Below are positions 30,401-50,889 of a DNA stretch of 64,000 bases, piece by piece (positions within the stretch are counted from its first letter, which is position 1; each line of letters begins with the position of its first letter). The position numbers and the translations under genes are program-made. Origin of the DNA: Eledone cirrhosa (Eukaryota); NCBI GenBank assembly GCA_964016885.1, contig OZ024759.1:35402001-35466000 (forward strand), written 5' to 3'. The notes beneath the pieces were generated by a model. The model made no database searches, was not told where the DNA came from, and saw only the letters and a program-made list of their open reading frames with translations.

Positions 30401-30565
30401 CTATTCTCAGCTAAGTCTCCAGGCAATGCGCGGACACTGGGGACTCATATAAAAATAATAATAATTCGGTAGATGGAACAGCTAGCGGGGACTGGATTCC
30501 ATGCATATATATATATATTTATATATATATATAGAAGTGGTTACACAACAGTTAGTTCACCATAC

Positions 30566-30603
30566 CGAGAACAATTGTTTCACCTTAGCGGATCCTCAGC
30601 TCG
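30566..30603 (-). ncRNA. Minimal type I hammerhead motif
   Basis: cgag-CTGAGGA-tccgctaaggt-GAA-ACAATTGT-T|ctcg. Confidence 0.65.
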
Positions 30604-30668
30604 TAAAGCTAACTCGTCCCATGGACTGAGTGCTCTACCACTACAGATATTACCTTCCAGTGTTCTAC

Positions 30669-30711
<43 letters not shown>

Positions 30712-32240
30712 ATTATGTCTGAATAAAAGTAGGGATGGTCATGATTAGCATGGGAACGTCTGTGATCATAGGAATCCTGGATCAGGACTGAGCTAGGTTA
30801 AATAACAACAACAACAATACCCACACACACCTACACTTCTATACACTCACACACACGAAATAACCCCTCCTACCTGTGACCCTGTCCTGCCAATCATGGG
30901 TTTCCAAAGCACAAAATTGGTTTTCAAGAGGTTTTTATGTTGAGAATTGTGACCAAAATTTAATAAATCTTAATTTATTTCAACAATGAAAATCTCTTGT
31001 AATGATAAAATTGTATGTGTGTGTGTGTGTGCGCGTGTGTATGTGTGTGTATGTGTGTGTAGGTGTATGTATGTGTGTGTATGTGTATGTGTGTGTGTAT
31101 GTGTATGTATGTATGTACATGTGTATGTGTGTATGTACATGTGTATGTGTATGTATGTATGTACATGTGTACATGTGTATGTGCTTGTATGTATGTACAT
31201 GTGTATGTGTGTATGTGTATGTATGTATGTACATGTGTATGTACATGTGTACATGTGTATGTATCTATGTATGTACATGTGTATGTGTGTACATGTGTAT
31301 GTGTGTATGTGCTTGTATGTATGTACATGTGTATGTGTGTATGTGCTTGTATGTATGTACATGTGTATGTGTGTATGTGCTTGTATGTATGTACATGTGT
31401 ATGTGTGTATGTGCTTGTATGTATGTACATGTGTATGTGTATGTATGTATGTACATGTGTGTGTGTGTATGTGCTTGTATGTATGTACATGTGTATGTGT
31501 GTATGTGCTTGTATGTATGTACATGTGTATGTGTATGTACATGTGTGTATGTGTATGTATCTATGTGTCTCTGTATGTATGTACATATGTGTATGTGTGT
31601 TTGTACATGTGTGTCTGTGTATGTATATGTGTGTGCGCATGTGTGTCCATATGTCTGTGTGTATGTTTATGTATGTATGTGTGTGTGTGTGTTTATATAT
31701 CCTAGTGTCTGTCTCTATGTGTGTATATATATATATATATAGATATATATAATGTATGTATATGTAATGTATGTATATATATATATATAATATATATATA
31801 ATGTATGTATATGTATATATATATATACATGTATATATATATAATGTATGTATATTTATATACACACACATATATATAATGTATGTATATTTATATACAC
31901 ACACATATATCTATAATGTATATATATACATATATATATACACATATATATATAATGTATATATATATACATATATATATACACATATATATATATATAA
32001 TATATAATGTATATATATATATTATATATATATATATATAATATATATATATATAATGTATATATATATATATAAATATAATGTATATATATATATATAT
32101 ATAAATATGTATTTATATATATAAATATAATGTATGTATATATAAATATATATATATACCTATATATATATACATACATATATACCTATATATATACACA
32201 CATATATATATATATACATATATATATACATATACATATA

Positions 32241-32280
<40 letters not shown>

Positions 32281-32303
32281 TATATATATACACATATATA
32301 CAT

Positions 32304-32336
<33 letters not shown>

Positions 32337-32746
32337 CATATATATATACATATATATATATGTCTGTAAACAGTGAAATATTACCATATCCATGTTCTAC
32401 AGAAATGACTCTACCAGAACCCTCAAGTTACTGCTGTGAACTAAGAAACTCGAGATCTAGTTTAAAAGTCATCGAAATCTTTTCAATCTTTTGGATATTG
32501 ATTCTTTAAATTAATTTATTTCTATAAATACATTCTATATGTTGACTGGTATTTCTTCTCTCTCTCTATATATATATGTATATATGTATATATGTATGTA
32601 TGTATATATATATGTATGTATGTGTATGTATGTATATATGTATGTATGTATCTACATATGTATATGTATATATATATATATACATATATATATCTATCTA
32701 CATATATATATATATATATATCTACATATATATATATATATATATC

Positions 32747-32777
<31 letters not shown>

Positions 32778-33046
32778 CTACATATATGTATATATATCTA
32801 CATATATATATATATATATATCTACATATATATATATATATCTACATATATATATATATATATCTACATATATGTATATATATCTACATATATGTATATA
32901 TATATGTAGATACATCTACATTATATATATATATATATATATATATCTACATATATGTGTGTATATATATATATTCATATATGTCTATGTATATATATAT
33001 ATATATATATGTCTCCATATATATATATGTCTACATACATATATAA

Positions 33047-33093
<47 letters not shown>

Positions 33094-33946
33094 GCCACAT
33101 AAAAAAATTATATATATATATAAAGCCATATAAAATATTTCCAAATGTTCAGATTATCTTTTGAGATGTAAAATAAAAAAAAAAAATTGTTTTTCACCTT
33201 TCTTGTATATAAAATATTGTAGACAGGAAGTTGGTTTTTCTTTTGTTGATGTGGTGGTGGTGGTGGTGGTGGTGGTAGTGGTGGTGTAGTGGTGGTGGTG
33301 GTAGTGGTGGTGTAGTGGTGGTGGTGGTAGTGGTGGTGGTGGTGGTGGTGGAGAGGGGGATGATGGTGGTGGTGGTGGGAGTGATGGTGGTGGTAGTGGT
33401 GATGGTGGTGGTAGTGTTGGTGGTGGTGATGGTGGTGATGGTGGTGGTAGTGGTGGTGGTGGGGGTAGTGGTGGTAGTGGTGGTGGTGGTGGTAGTGGTG
33501 GTGGTGGTGGTAGTGGTGGTGGTGGGGGTAGTGGTGGTGGTAGTGGTGGTAGTGGTGGTGGTGGTGGTGGTGGTGGTAGTGGTGGTGGTGGGGGTAGTGG
33601 TGGTGGTGGTGGTAGTGGTGATGGTGGTGGTAGTGGTGATGGTGGTAGTGGTGGTGGTGGTGGAGGGGGGGATGATGGTGGTGGTGGTGGTAGTGATGGT
33701 GGTGGTAGTGGTGATGGTGGTGGTAGTGTTGGTGGTGGTGATGGTGGTGATGGTGGTGCTGGTAGTGGTAGTGGTAGTGGTGGGGGTAGTGGTGGTGGTG
33801 GTGATAGTGGTGGTGGTAGTGGTGGTGGTGGGGGGGGGGGGGGGGTAGTAGTGGTGGTGGTAGTGGTCGATGATGAGAAAGAAAGAAAAAAAGAAAAAAA
33901 TATTTCAGCATACATGGAAACGTTATATATGTATTACAACCACAGA

Positions 33947-34029
33947 GGTCCGACGAGCTTTTGATTACAGTCATGCTAGATCGATGCAGATCGAACCTTG
34001 AGCTGATCAATAATGAAACGCGCGTCACC
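33947..34029 (+). ncRNA. Degenerate type I hammerhead motif (CCGACGA core)
   Basis: ggt-CCGACGA-long stem II-GAA-ACGCGCGT-C|acc, then AATAAA. 3' halves of the same family recur near 34198, 43261 and 60611. Confidence 0.5.
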
Positions 34030-34428
34030 AACCAATAAACGTAATGAAGGAGTAACAAATCGTTCTTGTATCCTTATATTACACTCTGTCTAGCTCTACA
34101 TCTCGACATTGAAGTGAACCTAAACAGCGAGTGTTCACCTGGGTGAACCTACAGTAACTCCACCTTACACTCCCTAGATATATATATATAGAGAGAGATC
34201 GAACCGTGAGCTGATCGATAGCGAAACGCGCGTCATCAATCAATAAACACAATGAAGGCTTAACAAATCGCCCTTGTATTATTATATATATGTGTGTGCG
34301 TGTGTGTATATATATATGTATATGTGTGTGTGTGTATATATGTGTGTGTGTGTATTCATGTGTAAGTGTATATGTGTGCGTGTGTATATACATGTGCAAG
34401 TGTATATATATGTGTGTACATGTGTAAG

Positions 34429-34463
<35 letters not shown>

Positions 34464-34510
34464 ATACATGTGTAAGTGTATATATATATATATTTGTGTG
34501 TATACATAAG

Positions 34511-34542
<32 letters not shown>

Positions 34543-34781
34543 AATACATGGGCAAGTGTATATATATATATGTGTGTATATACATGTGTAAGTATATATA
34601 TATGTGTGTGTATACATGTGCAAGTATATATATATATATGTGTATGTGTGTATACATGTGTAAGTATATATGTGTGTGTGTGTGTGTGTATACATGTGCA
34701 AGTGTATATATATATATATGTGTGTGTGTATACATGTGCAAGTGTATATATATATGTGTGTGTGTATGTGTACATGTGCAA

Positions 34782-34821
<40 letters not shown>

Positions 34822-35727
34822 GTATACATGTGCAAGTGTATATATATATATATGTGTGTATACATGTGCAAGTGTATATATATATATATATATGTGTGTG
34901 TATGTGTACGTATGCACACTTATATTAAAGGTCGACCAGGTAGGGTGGAAGTAACATATTAATATTTAACGAGAACTTTAAATATAGATACCTTGCAATA
35001 ATGATTGATCTCCTGAGTATATATTCCACATCGATAATATCCTTAGAATTAGATGTTCCTAAACATATCGATAGTTGAGCTTTCATTAATAAAAGGTTTC
35101 GGCTGCTATCTCTAGCAGTTGATAAGCCTAGGATGAGACCAGGGCACTGTCTTGTTTTCAAAACTACACGTGCTTTTCTTCGTTATTCCTTGATTTCTAC
35201 TATATATATATATATATGATGATGATGATTTCCTTCGAATGAAACAGTTCTAGTCCTGTAGAAGCCATTTCTATATTAAATGTTTATACTCTGCTATGTA
35301 TTGAGTACCTTACTTACTGTGGTTACCTCCGGTTGAACCCGGGATATATATATATATATATATACCCGCCGAGGTTAACTTTGCCTTTCATCCTTAAGGG
35401 GTCAATAAAATAAAGTACCAGTAATGTACTGGGTTTTGCTGGCCTTGTGTCCAAAGTAAAAACAATTATTGATAGTATAGATACATTGACAGAATCCTCC
35501 TGTTAACTAAACAGAGACAGACCCCAGAAAGTTCAAGAATTCTTTGGACAAATTCCTTCAAGAAATCCCGAATAAACCTTCTACACCCGGACATGTCTCC
35601 GTAAACAATAACTGCCTCCGTGAGTGGGCCATGGTGCCCAAATCCTGATTTAAAAGACTTCGCCAGGTGGTGTTATTAAGTTAGACATGGTCTGGGCCAA
35701 TACTGGCCGAAATTCTCAAAGTTACCA

Positions 35728-36310
35728 TAATAATAATAATGAATTATTGTGTACAGTGCTCAGGTACACTACAACTCGTCAAAGGTGCATGTATAGTACA
35801 TAGAATAATATACAAATGTCAGTGAAGTGAACAGTGTATGAGTCATGAAATACATGTGTGTATGTATATGGAGGGGGAACATTAGGTGTTGTGTTGGCGA
35901 ATCTCAGGAAGCATTGAGGTTTTAAGGATGCAGTGTCTTGACAGCTAACAACAAATGCAGGTAGTTTATTCCATGGGGGTTTTAAAGGATGAAGTGTCTC
36001 GACAGCTAACAACTGATGCAGGTAGTTTGTTCCATGGAGGTTTTAAAGGATGCAGTGTCCCAACAGCTAACAACTGATGCAGGTAGTTTATTCCATGCTT
36101 CAGCAACTCTGAGTATAAAAAAATGTTTCCGAAAGTCATGGGAACTATGCTGTTTTCTGACTTTGTTGGCATGTCCACATGTGTTAGACACATGGAGATC
36201 AAAAAGGTACTCAGGGTTGTTGGCGAGAGCTTCAATGTATCCATGCCCAGGGAAGCAAGGCGTTCAGAGTATGGTAGATGGCTGATGGAGGGTATTCGCT
36301 TGGTATAATG
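35728..36310 (-). mobile_element. CR1-type LINE 3' fragment with the 61-bp unit x3
   Basis: Same family as 50890-51870. Further fragments at 27295-27500, 36505-36685, 42855-43068, 45317-45832 and 53647-53851. Confidence 0.8.
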
Positions 36311-36836
36311 GTACCTGCTGCTCTTGTTGACATTTTCACAGTCTTCAAAGTAAAAATAAATCAGCCAAAAGTAAACAAAGTTTCCGTGGGTCCTGACTTG
36401 TAGGAGCACTGAGACACCACTGGGTGACCTGTGTCGACTGTGGGTCATTTACGCGGGTCAAGTGTGGCGCCAAACGTGACCTTAGGTGTCGCAGACGACA
36501 TCTTAATAATAATAATAATATAATAATCAAATTATGGTGTACGGTGCTCAGATGCACTACAACTCATCAAAGGTGCATGTATAATACATAGAATAATGTT
36601 CAAATGTCAGGAAAGTGAACAGTGTACGAGTCATGATATACACGTGTGTATGTATGGAGGGGAATAACAGGTGAAGTGTTGGCGAAAATGGGCGGTTTTC
36701 GGTGCTTTCCGGACCTTTTCGGAGCTTTTCGCAATTTCGGATAAAAGATTGTGAACCCGTGTATAATATATATATATATATACATACACATACATATATA
36801 TATATATACATACATATATATATATACACACTTATA

Positions 36837-36914
36837 CAGGGTGTCCCTAAAAATGTTTATACACTTAAATTAGAATGCTGTTGAAATGTGTATACATTTT
36901 TGGGGGACACCCTG
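36837..36914. mobile_element. 78-bp Tc1/mariner-type MITE
   Basis: TA|CAGGGTGTCCCTAAAAATGT...ACATTTTTGGGGGACACCCTG|TA: terminal inverted repeats with TA flanks. Confidence 0.75.
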
Positions 36915-37305
36915 TATATATATATATATAGAGAGAGAGAGAGGGGGGGGGGGAAACAACAAAGCAATTGAAAGTTGCATTATTAATTAAACAATTCTTT
37001 TTTAATTATGAGTTTTTTTTCATTTATTTCAAGGCTGTCTTTTCTGTATTCTGTATTCAGCTTATCAAATGTAGAGTTTAAAGTATTTATTATGATCAAA
37101 TATAAACACAGAAAACAAAACAGACACACCTGTATACTGTAAACATATACACACACTTTATACATACATACACTTAAATATGTGTATATGTGTATGTTTA
37201 TTTTTTTCACCACCAAATGTCGTCTGTTTTCAATCAATTTTGTTTACATTGATAGCGACTTATTCTATCGATCTCTTTAAAGAAAAAAACTAAACTCTAT
37301 ATACG

Positions 37306-37340
<35 letters not shown>

Positions 37341-38033
37341 CACCTATATCAATATGATATAAAACCTTTTAAAAATAACATCAAATCTCGGTTTTGTAAA
37401 ATTATGGGAACACCAGTGAAATAATTTTTTCTGTGTCTTGGGTAATGCTAGTAGTAGCAACGAAATCTTCCTCAAACTTCAGATACATTTAATTTGTCAG
37501 AAAATGAGAGGAATAGCATCGAAATATACCGTTAATTACATATACTAGTCTTGGTCAAATGTACTTTAAATTTATATATTAAATTTATATATTACTTCCC
37601 AGCCCTGTAATCTTTAATAAGTATCTATATAAAATTGTAATAAAAAATATGAATTATTATGAAATTTATGAACAAAAAAAGTAATGTTACGATTTTAGAA
37701 AACTCGGGTAAATATTACGGTAAAAGGGAGATAATTATGAAGCTTTCGTTTGGTTGTTGATTTGTTTATCGTCAAAACCAAGATTGTGTAGGACAGAAAA
37801 TAACAAATTAGACACTCAGGAAGTCACAGAATGTGTAATGAAAGAGCTTTGGCAATAAACAAATAAACAACCATCCTGGTATTAAACTAATCAACTGGAA
37901 GTTTATAATAAATTGAAGAGAAAAACCAACATGTGCATGTGTTCTTATTGGCAGCATAATACTCCTAAAGTATAACAATATATATATATATATTTAATAT
38001 AGAAATGGCTTCTACAGCAGGAGAAATCATCAG

Positions 38034-38085
38034 GGCTTTCCTGATGATTTCTCCTGAATGAAACAGTTCTAGTCCTGTAGAAGCC
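38034..38085 (+). ncRNA. Type I hammerhead motif (same family as 15622)
   Basis: ggctttc-CTGATGA-tttctcctgaat-GAA-ACAG-ttctagtc-CTGT-A|gaagcc, preceded by a partial inverted copy. Confidence 0.65.
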
Positions 38086-38438
38086 ATTTCTATATTAAAT
38101 ATTTATACTCTGCTATGTATTGAGTACCTTACTTACTGTGGTTACCCCCGATTGAACCTGGGATAAACATGTACACATATATATATATTCTTCACAACAC
38201 TACAAGATCATAAAAAATTTAAATATATATATATATATATATATTATTAGGACAATGGGATTGATGAGTTAATATCTGTATACAACAACCACAATGGTAC
38301 GCGATGGGGCCCACCCACAACCCCGGCGGATATATATATATATATATAATATTATACACAAGTAAATTTGTCACCAATACACATAACATCGCAATGAAAA
38401 CAGATTGCTAAAATAATGCTTATTCAAAGAAGCAAATA

Positions 38439-38690
38439 CATATAGAACATCTTATACAAAACCACCGAGGAGGGGTAGATCTCAATAGAGTATTGTAAAA
38501 AGAACACTGTACAAGCTTCTTTCCCTAGGAATATTGTCTTAGTTAAGTAACCTAAGGCTAGGTGAAGCCGTCTAGCTTTAGGTTACTTAACTCAGACTAT
38601 ATCTCAAGGGAAAGAAGCTTGTGAAGTGTTCGTTTTAGATTAGTCTATTGAGATCTACCCAGTAATGATTTTGTATAAGATGTTCTATAT
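38439..38690. mobile_element. About 250-bp imperfect fold-back element
   Basis: Nested inverted blocks tatagaacatcttatacaaaa, gggtagatctcaataga, aagcttctttccct and agttaagtaacctaa around a centre at about 38565. Confidence 0.7.
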
Positions 38691-40125
38691 ATATATAACC
38701 AAGAGGGTGTGGTAAGATACCAGATGGACCATAATGCACCAAAGTACTCAATACTTAGGGTAGTAGATAGGAAAAGAGTCAAGACCCCGACAGCTGAGCT
38801 CTGGCCGTTTCCACAGCTAGATCCAAACTACTAGTTCAGATCTAGCTGTGGAAACAGCTGGAGCTCAGCCGTTGGGGTCCTGACTCTTTTCATATATATA
38901 TCATCATCATCATCGTTTAACGTCCATCTTCCACACTAGCACGGGTTTGGACGGGAATTTTCCCACTTGAGGCAAGATTGGTTGTCTTGCTCGTATAGGA
39001 CTGTATGGCGGGTTTTCTACGGCTGGATGCCCTTCCTAACACTAACCATGTTTACAGTGTGGACTGGGAGGTTTTTACCGTGTTACCTACATGGCCACAT
39101 TACAGCGTGGACTGTGTGTTTTTTTGTTGTGACACCTACACAACCTCATTTATTTAGGACTAGATGTTGTGGTACCAATATATATATATATATGTATATA
39201 TATCATCATCATCATCATCATTGTTTAATGTCCATTTTCAATGCTAGCATGGGTTAGATGGGTTGTCCAAATTGAGGCAAGTCAGGTCAAGCAACCATGT
39301 CTTGTGCATAGAGAACTGTTTCTGACTTGGTTTCTATGCCTGGATGTCCTTCCTAACACCAACCACCTTTACAGTGTGTGCTGGGTGCTTTTTGTCGTGA
39401 TACCTACATAACCACTTTACAGTGTGGACTGGGTACTTTTTGTGTGTGACACCTACTTAACCACTTTACAGTGTGGACTGGGTACTTTTTGTGTGTGACA
39501 CCTACTTTACCACTTTACAGTGTGGACTGGGTACTTTTTGTGTGTGACACCTACATAACCACTTTACAGTGTGGACTGGGTGCACTTTGTTGTGACACCT
39601 ACACTACCACTTTACAGTGTGGATTGCGAGCTTTTATCATCTCATCCCAAGTTTTCCTGGATCTTTCCACTCCAAGGCTGCCATCAACTCTGCAGCTTTT
39701 TATACAGCTGTCATTCTTCATACACATCACATGTCCAAACCAACGCAATTTCCTCTCTAGCACACAACAACAGCAACAGCAACAACAACAACAACAACAA
39801 ACAATTAAGATTATTAAAGAATACGTGCTTATTTTTTATTAGTAATTTCAACTTTAATGTCTCATTAGTCCCCCCCCCCCCCGCCTCATCCCCTGCCAAC
39901 CACCCCCACACTTTTTTCATTAACCCACAACCCTACACACCTACACACCAGCTGTCTAACCCGTTCCTTTTTCCCATCCTTTAAGTCCTTCATTAACCCA
40001 CTGCCCCACACCCCAGCTGTTCCCTCCCTCTTCCTGTTCTTCAGCCGTGCCACATGAATTAAATAAAGTTTACAGAGTGTGATGTTTGTCAAGAATAACA
40101 ACAGATTTGTTGAAGACAGTCTCTC

Positions 40126-40157
40126 TATAAAAGAAGCTTCCATTATGAGAATCAATT
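40126..40157 (+). promoter_or_regulatory. TATA box and initiator-like element of secreted Cys-rich gene A
   Basis: TATAAAAG at 40126-40133, TCAATT about 28 nt downstream, ATG at 40246. Confidence 0.65.
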
Positions 40158-40245
40158 GCAAAGTTCTTGCAAAGATTACATAACAGAACCTCCTTCAGGC
40201 TTCCAGAATCTTCTACAAAGCTTCTATATCCTTCTCCAAGAAATC

Positions 40246-47051
<6,806 letters not shown>

Positions 47052-47199
47052 GAAAACAACTAAGAAATAATATATGCAAGGTAATTTGAATATTCTAACA
47101 AATTTTAGAAAATATTGTTCAATGTGTTTTTTGGTTTCATGATTCGTTTAGCATTTATTTTATCAAACCACTGAAACCACCCCTGGTCCTATATTTAAT

Positions 47200-50100
47200 C
47201 ACTGAACAGAATTGAGAGATCACAGCTCTGATACTATGGACATGTGGTTAGAATGTCTCAGGAAAGAATTGAGAGATCACAGCTCTGATACTAGAGACAT
47301 GTGGTTAGAATGTCTCAGGAAAGAATTGCTGGACAGAATTGAGAGGTCACAGCTCTGATACTATAGACATGTTGTTAGAATGTCTCAGGAAAGAATCACT
47401 GGACAGAATTGAGAGATCACAGCTCTGATACTATAGACATGTGGTTAGAATGTCTCAGGAAAGAATTGCTGGACAGAATTGAGAGATCACAGCTCTGATA
47501 CTAGAGACATGTGGTTAGAATGTCTCAGGAAAGAATCACTGGACAGAATTGAGAGATCACAACTCTGATACTATAGACATGTGGTTAGAATGTCTCAGGA
47601 AAGAATCACTGGACAGAATTGAGAGATCACAACTCTGATACTATAGACATGTGGTTAGAATGTCTCAGGAAAGAATCACTGGACAGAATTGAGAGATCAC
47701 AGCTCTGATACTATAGACATGTGGTTAGAATGTCTCAGGAAAGAATTGCTGGACAGAATTGAGAGATCACAGCTCTGATACTATAGACATGTGGTTAGAA
47801 TGTCTCAGGAAAGAATCACTGGACAGAATTGAGAGATCACAGCTCTGATACTATAGACATGTGGTTAGAATGTCTCAGGAAAGAATCACTGGACAGAATT
47901 GAGAGATCACAGCTCTGATACTATAGACATGTGGTTAGAATGTCTCAGGAAAGAATCACTGGACAGAATTGAGAGATCACAGCTCTGATACTATAGACAT
48001 GTGGTTAGAATGTCTCAGGAAAGAATCACTGGACAGAATTGAGAGATCACAGCTCTGATACTATAGACATGTGGTTAGAATGTCTCAGGAAAGAATCACT
48101 GGACAGAATTGAGAGATCACAGCTCTGATACTATAGACATGTGGTTAGAATGTCTCAGGAAAGAATCACTGGACAGAATTGAGAGATCACAGCTCTGATA
48201 CTATAGACATGTGGTTAGAATGTCTCAGGAAAGAATCACTGGACAGAATTGAGAGATCACAGCTCTGATACTATAGACATGTGGTTAGAATGTCTCAGGA
48301 AAGAATCACTGGACAGAATTGAGAGATCACAGCTCTGATACTATAGACATGTGGTTAGAATGTCTCAGGAAAGAATCACTGGACAGAATTGAGAGATCAC
48401 AGCTCTGATACTATAGACATGTGGTTAGAATGTCTCAGGAAAGAATCACTGGACAGAATTGAGAGATCACAGCTCTGATACTATAGACATGTGGTTAGAA
48501 TGTCTCAGGAAAGAATTGCTGGACAGAATTGAGAGATCACAGCTCTGATACTATAGACATGTGGTTAGAATGTCTCAGGAAAGAATCACTGGACAGAATT
48601 GAGAGATCACAGCTCTGATACTATAGACATGTGGTTAGAATGTCTCAGGAAAGAATCACTGGACAGAATTGAGAGATCACAGCTCTGATACTATAGACAT
48701 GTGGTTAGAATGTCTCAGGAAAGAATCACTGGACAGAATTGAGAGATCACAGCTCTGATACTATAGACATGTGGTTAGAATGTCTCAGGAAAGAATCACT
48801 GGACAGAATTGAGAGATCACAGCTCTGATACTATAGACATGTGGTTAGAATGTCTCAGGAAAGAATCACTGGACAGAATTGAGAGATCACAGCTCTGATA
48901 CTATAGACATGTGGTTAGAATGTCTCAGGAAAGAATCACTGGACAGAATTGAGAGATCACAGCTCTGATACTATAGACATGTGGTTAGAATGTCTCAGGA
49001 AAGAATCACTGGACAGAATTGAGAGATCACAGCTCTGATACTATAGACATGTGGTTAGAATGTCTCAGGAAAGAATCACTGGACAGATTTGAGAGATCAC
49101 AGCTCAGATACTATGGACATGTGGTTAGAATGTCTCAGGAAAGAATCACTGGACAGAATTGAGAGATCACAGCTCAGATACTATAGACATGTGGTTAGAA
49201 TGTCTCAGGAAAGAATCACTGGACAGATTTGAGAGATCACAGCTCAGATACTATGGACATGTGGTTAGAATGTCTCAGGAAAGAATCACTGGACAGAATT
49301 GAGAGATCACAGCTCTGATACTATAGACATGTGGTTAGAATGTCTCAGGAAAGAATCACTGGACAGATTTGAGAGATCACAGCTCTGATACTATAGACAT
49401 GTGGTTAGAATGTCTTAGGAAAGAATCACTGGACAGATTTGAGAGATCACAGCTCTGATACTATAGACATGTGGTTAGAATGTCTCAGGAAAGAATCACT
49501 GGACAGAATTGAGAGATCACAGCTCAGATACTATAGACATGTGGTTAGAATGTCTTAGGAAAGAATCACTGGACAGATTTGAGAGATCACAGCTCAGATA
49601 CTATAGACATGTGGTTAGAATGTCTTAGGAAAGAATCACTGGACAGAATTGAGAGATCACAGCTCAGATACTATAGACATGTGGTTAGAATGTCTTAGGA
49701 AAGAATCACTGGACAGAATTGAGAGATCACAGCTCAGATACTATAGACATGTGGTTAGAATGTCTCAGGAAAGAATCACTGGACAGATTTGAGAGATCAC
49801 AGCTCTGATACTATAGACATGTGGTTAGAATGTCTTAGGAAAGAATCACTGGACAGATTTGAGAGATCACAGCTCTGATACTATAGACATGTGGTTAGAA
49901 TGTCTCAGGAAAGAATCACTGGACAGAATTGAGAGATCACAGCTCAGATACTATAGACATGTGGTTAGAATGTCTTAGGAAAGAATCACTGGACAGATTT
50001 GAGAGATCACAGCTCAGATACTATAGACATGTGGTTAGAATGTCTCAGGAAAGAATCACTGGACAGATTTGAGAGATCACAGCTCAGATACTATAGACAT

Positions 50101-50205
50101 GTGGTTAGAATGTCTCAGGAAAGAACCAGAGGACAGATTTTACAGGCAAAACCAACTGGCAGGAGACCCAGGGGTAGACCCTAAGCAAGATGGTTGGATA
50201 ACAGC
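47200..50205 (+). repeat. 70-bp satellite (about 42 copies) derived from an RTE-type LINE 3' segment
   Basis: Unit gagagatcacagctctgatactatagacatgtggttagaatgtctcaggaaagaatcactggacagaatt. It runs into sequence encoding [13 protein letters not shown] at 50145-50184. Confidence 0.92.
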
Positions 50206-50288
50206 CATGAGCTTGGCTCCAAAACAGAAATCTATAAATAAAAAAAACTGCAACTAACATTTGTATCTTTCCTTCTTTGTCTTTATAG

Positions 50289-50410
50289 AATATAGAATTT
50301 CCAGACCAGACCAGATCAAACCAGATGCCATACTTCTTCAGTTGGTCAAGCAGGAGATAAAATAATATAATAAAGATGAAATATAAATAAAATATCATTT
50401 CATTTAAATA
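50289..50410 (+). other. Probable 3' UTR terminal exon of gene A
   Basis: Donor AAG|GTAATT at 47081. Branch-like ACTAAC at 50253-50258, pyrimidine tract, TAG at 50286-50288. AATAAA at 50369 and 50386, then GT-rich sequence. Confidence 0.55.
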
Positions 50411-50665
50411 ACAAATAAGTTGTTTATTGTTGTTTTATGGAAATGTCTTTGTTGGGTTTACTCCTGTTAACCACAGCTAACTACAGTTTATAGTTGCACA
50501 CACACACACACGCACACATATATATATATATATATATAGATAGATAGTAATAATAGTAATAATAATAAATGTGAAGACTAAAATCCAAAGAGGGCTCAAT
50601 AAGGATAAATATATATCAAATATATAAGAACCGTAGAGCAAATATTTATTAAATTAACAGATTAA

Positions 50666-50716
50666 AGTTTAAGCAAAGAATCGCTGCTTTCACCCTTAAC
50701 GGGATCTTCTGAAACT
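50666..50716 (-). ncRNA. Degenerate type I hammerhead motif (CAGAAGA core)
   Basis: agttt-CAGAAGA-tcccgttaagggt-GAA-AGCA..TGCT-T|aaact, with an adjacent inverted partial copy at 50721-50752. Confidence 0.45.
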
Positions 50717-50889
50717 AAAAATTGATTTTTTTAGTTTCAGAAGATCCCGTTATATTTATATATACATAAGAAGATCCCGTATCTATCTATCTCTATATAT
50801 ATATATATATGTATACATACTATATATATGTATATATAAATATATACATATATATACTATATATGTATATATTTATATATACATATAGA

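Larger units (their letters stand above)
29259..34912. repeat. Microsatellite-dominated tract ((TA)n, (TG)n, (GGT)n) interspersed with short dispersed repeats
   Basis: Directly visible. It is the source of the YI/VC/HT/poly-V ORFs. Confidence 0.9.

Noticed and set aside
29099-34962. Dozens of YI/VC/HT/poly-P/poly-V ORFs
   Set aside because: They are microsatellite translations.
38270-38330. Possible Penelope RT GTAMG-like motif
   Set aside because: It needs a frameshift and is too short to support.
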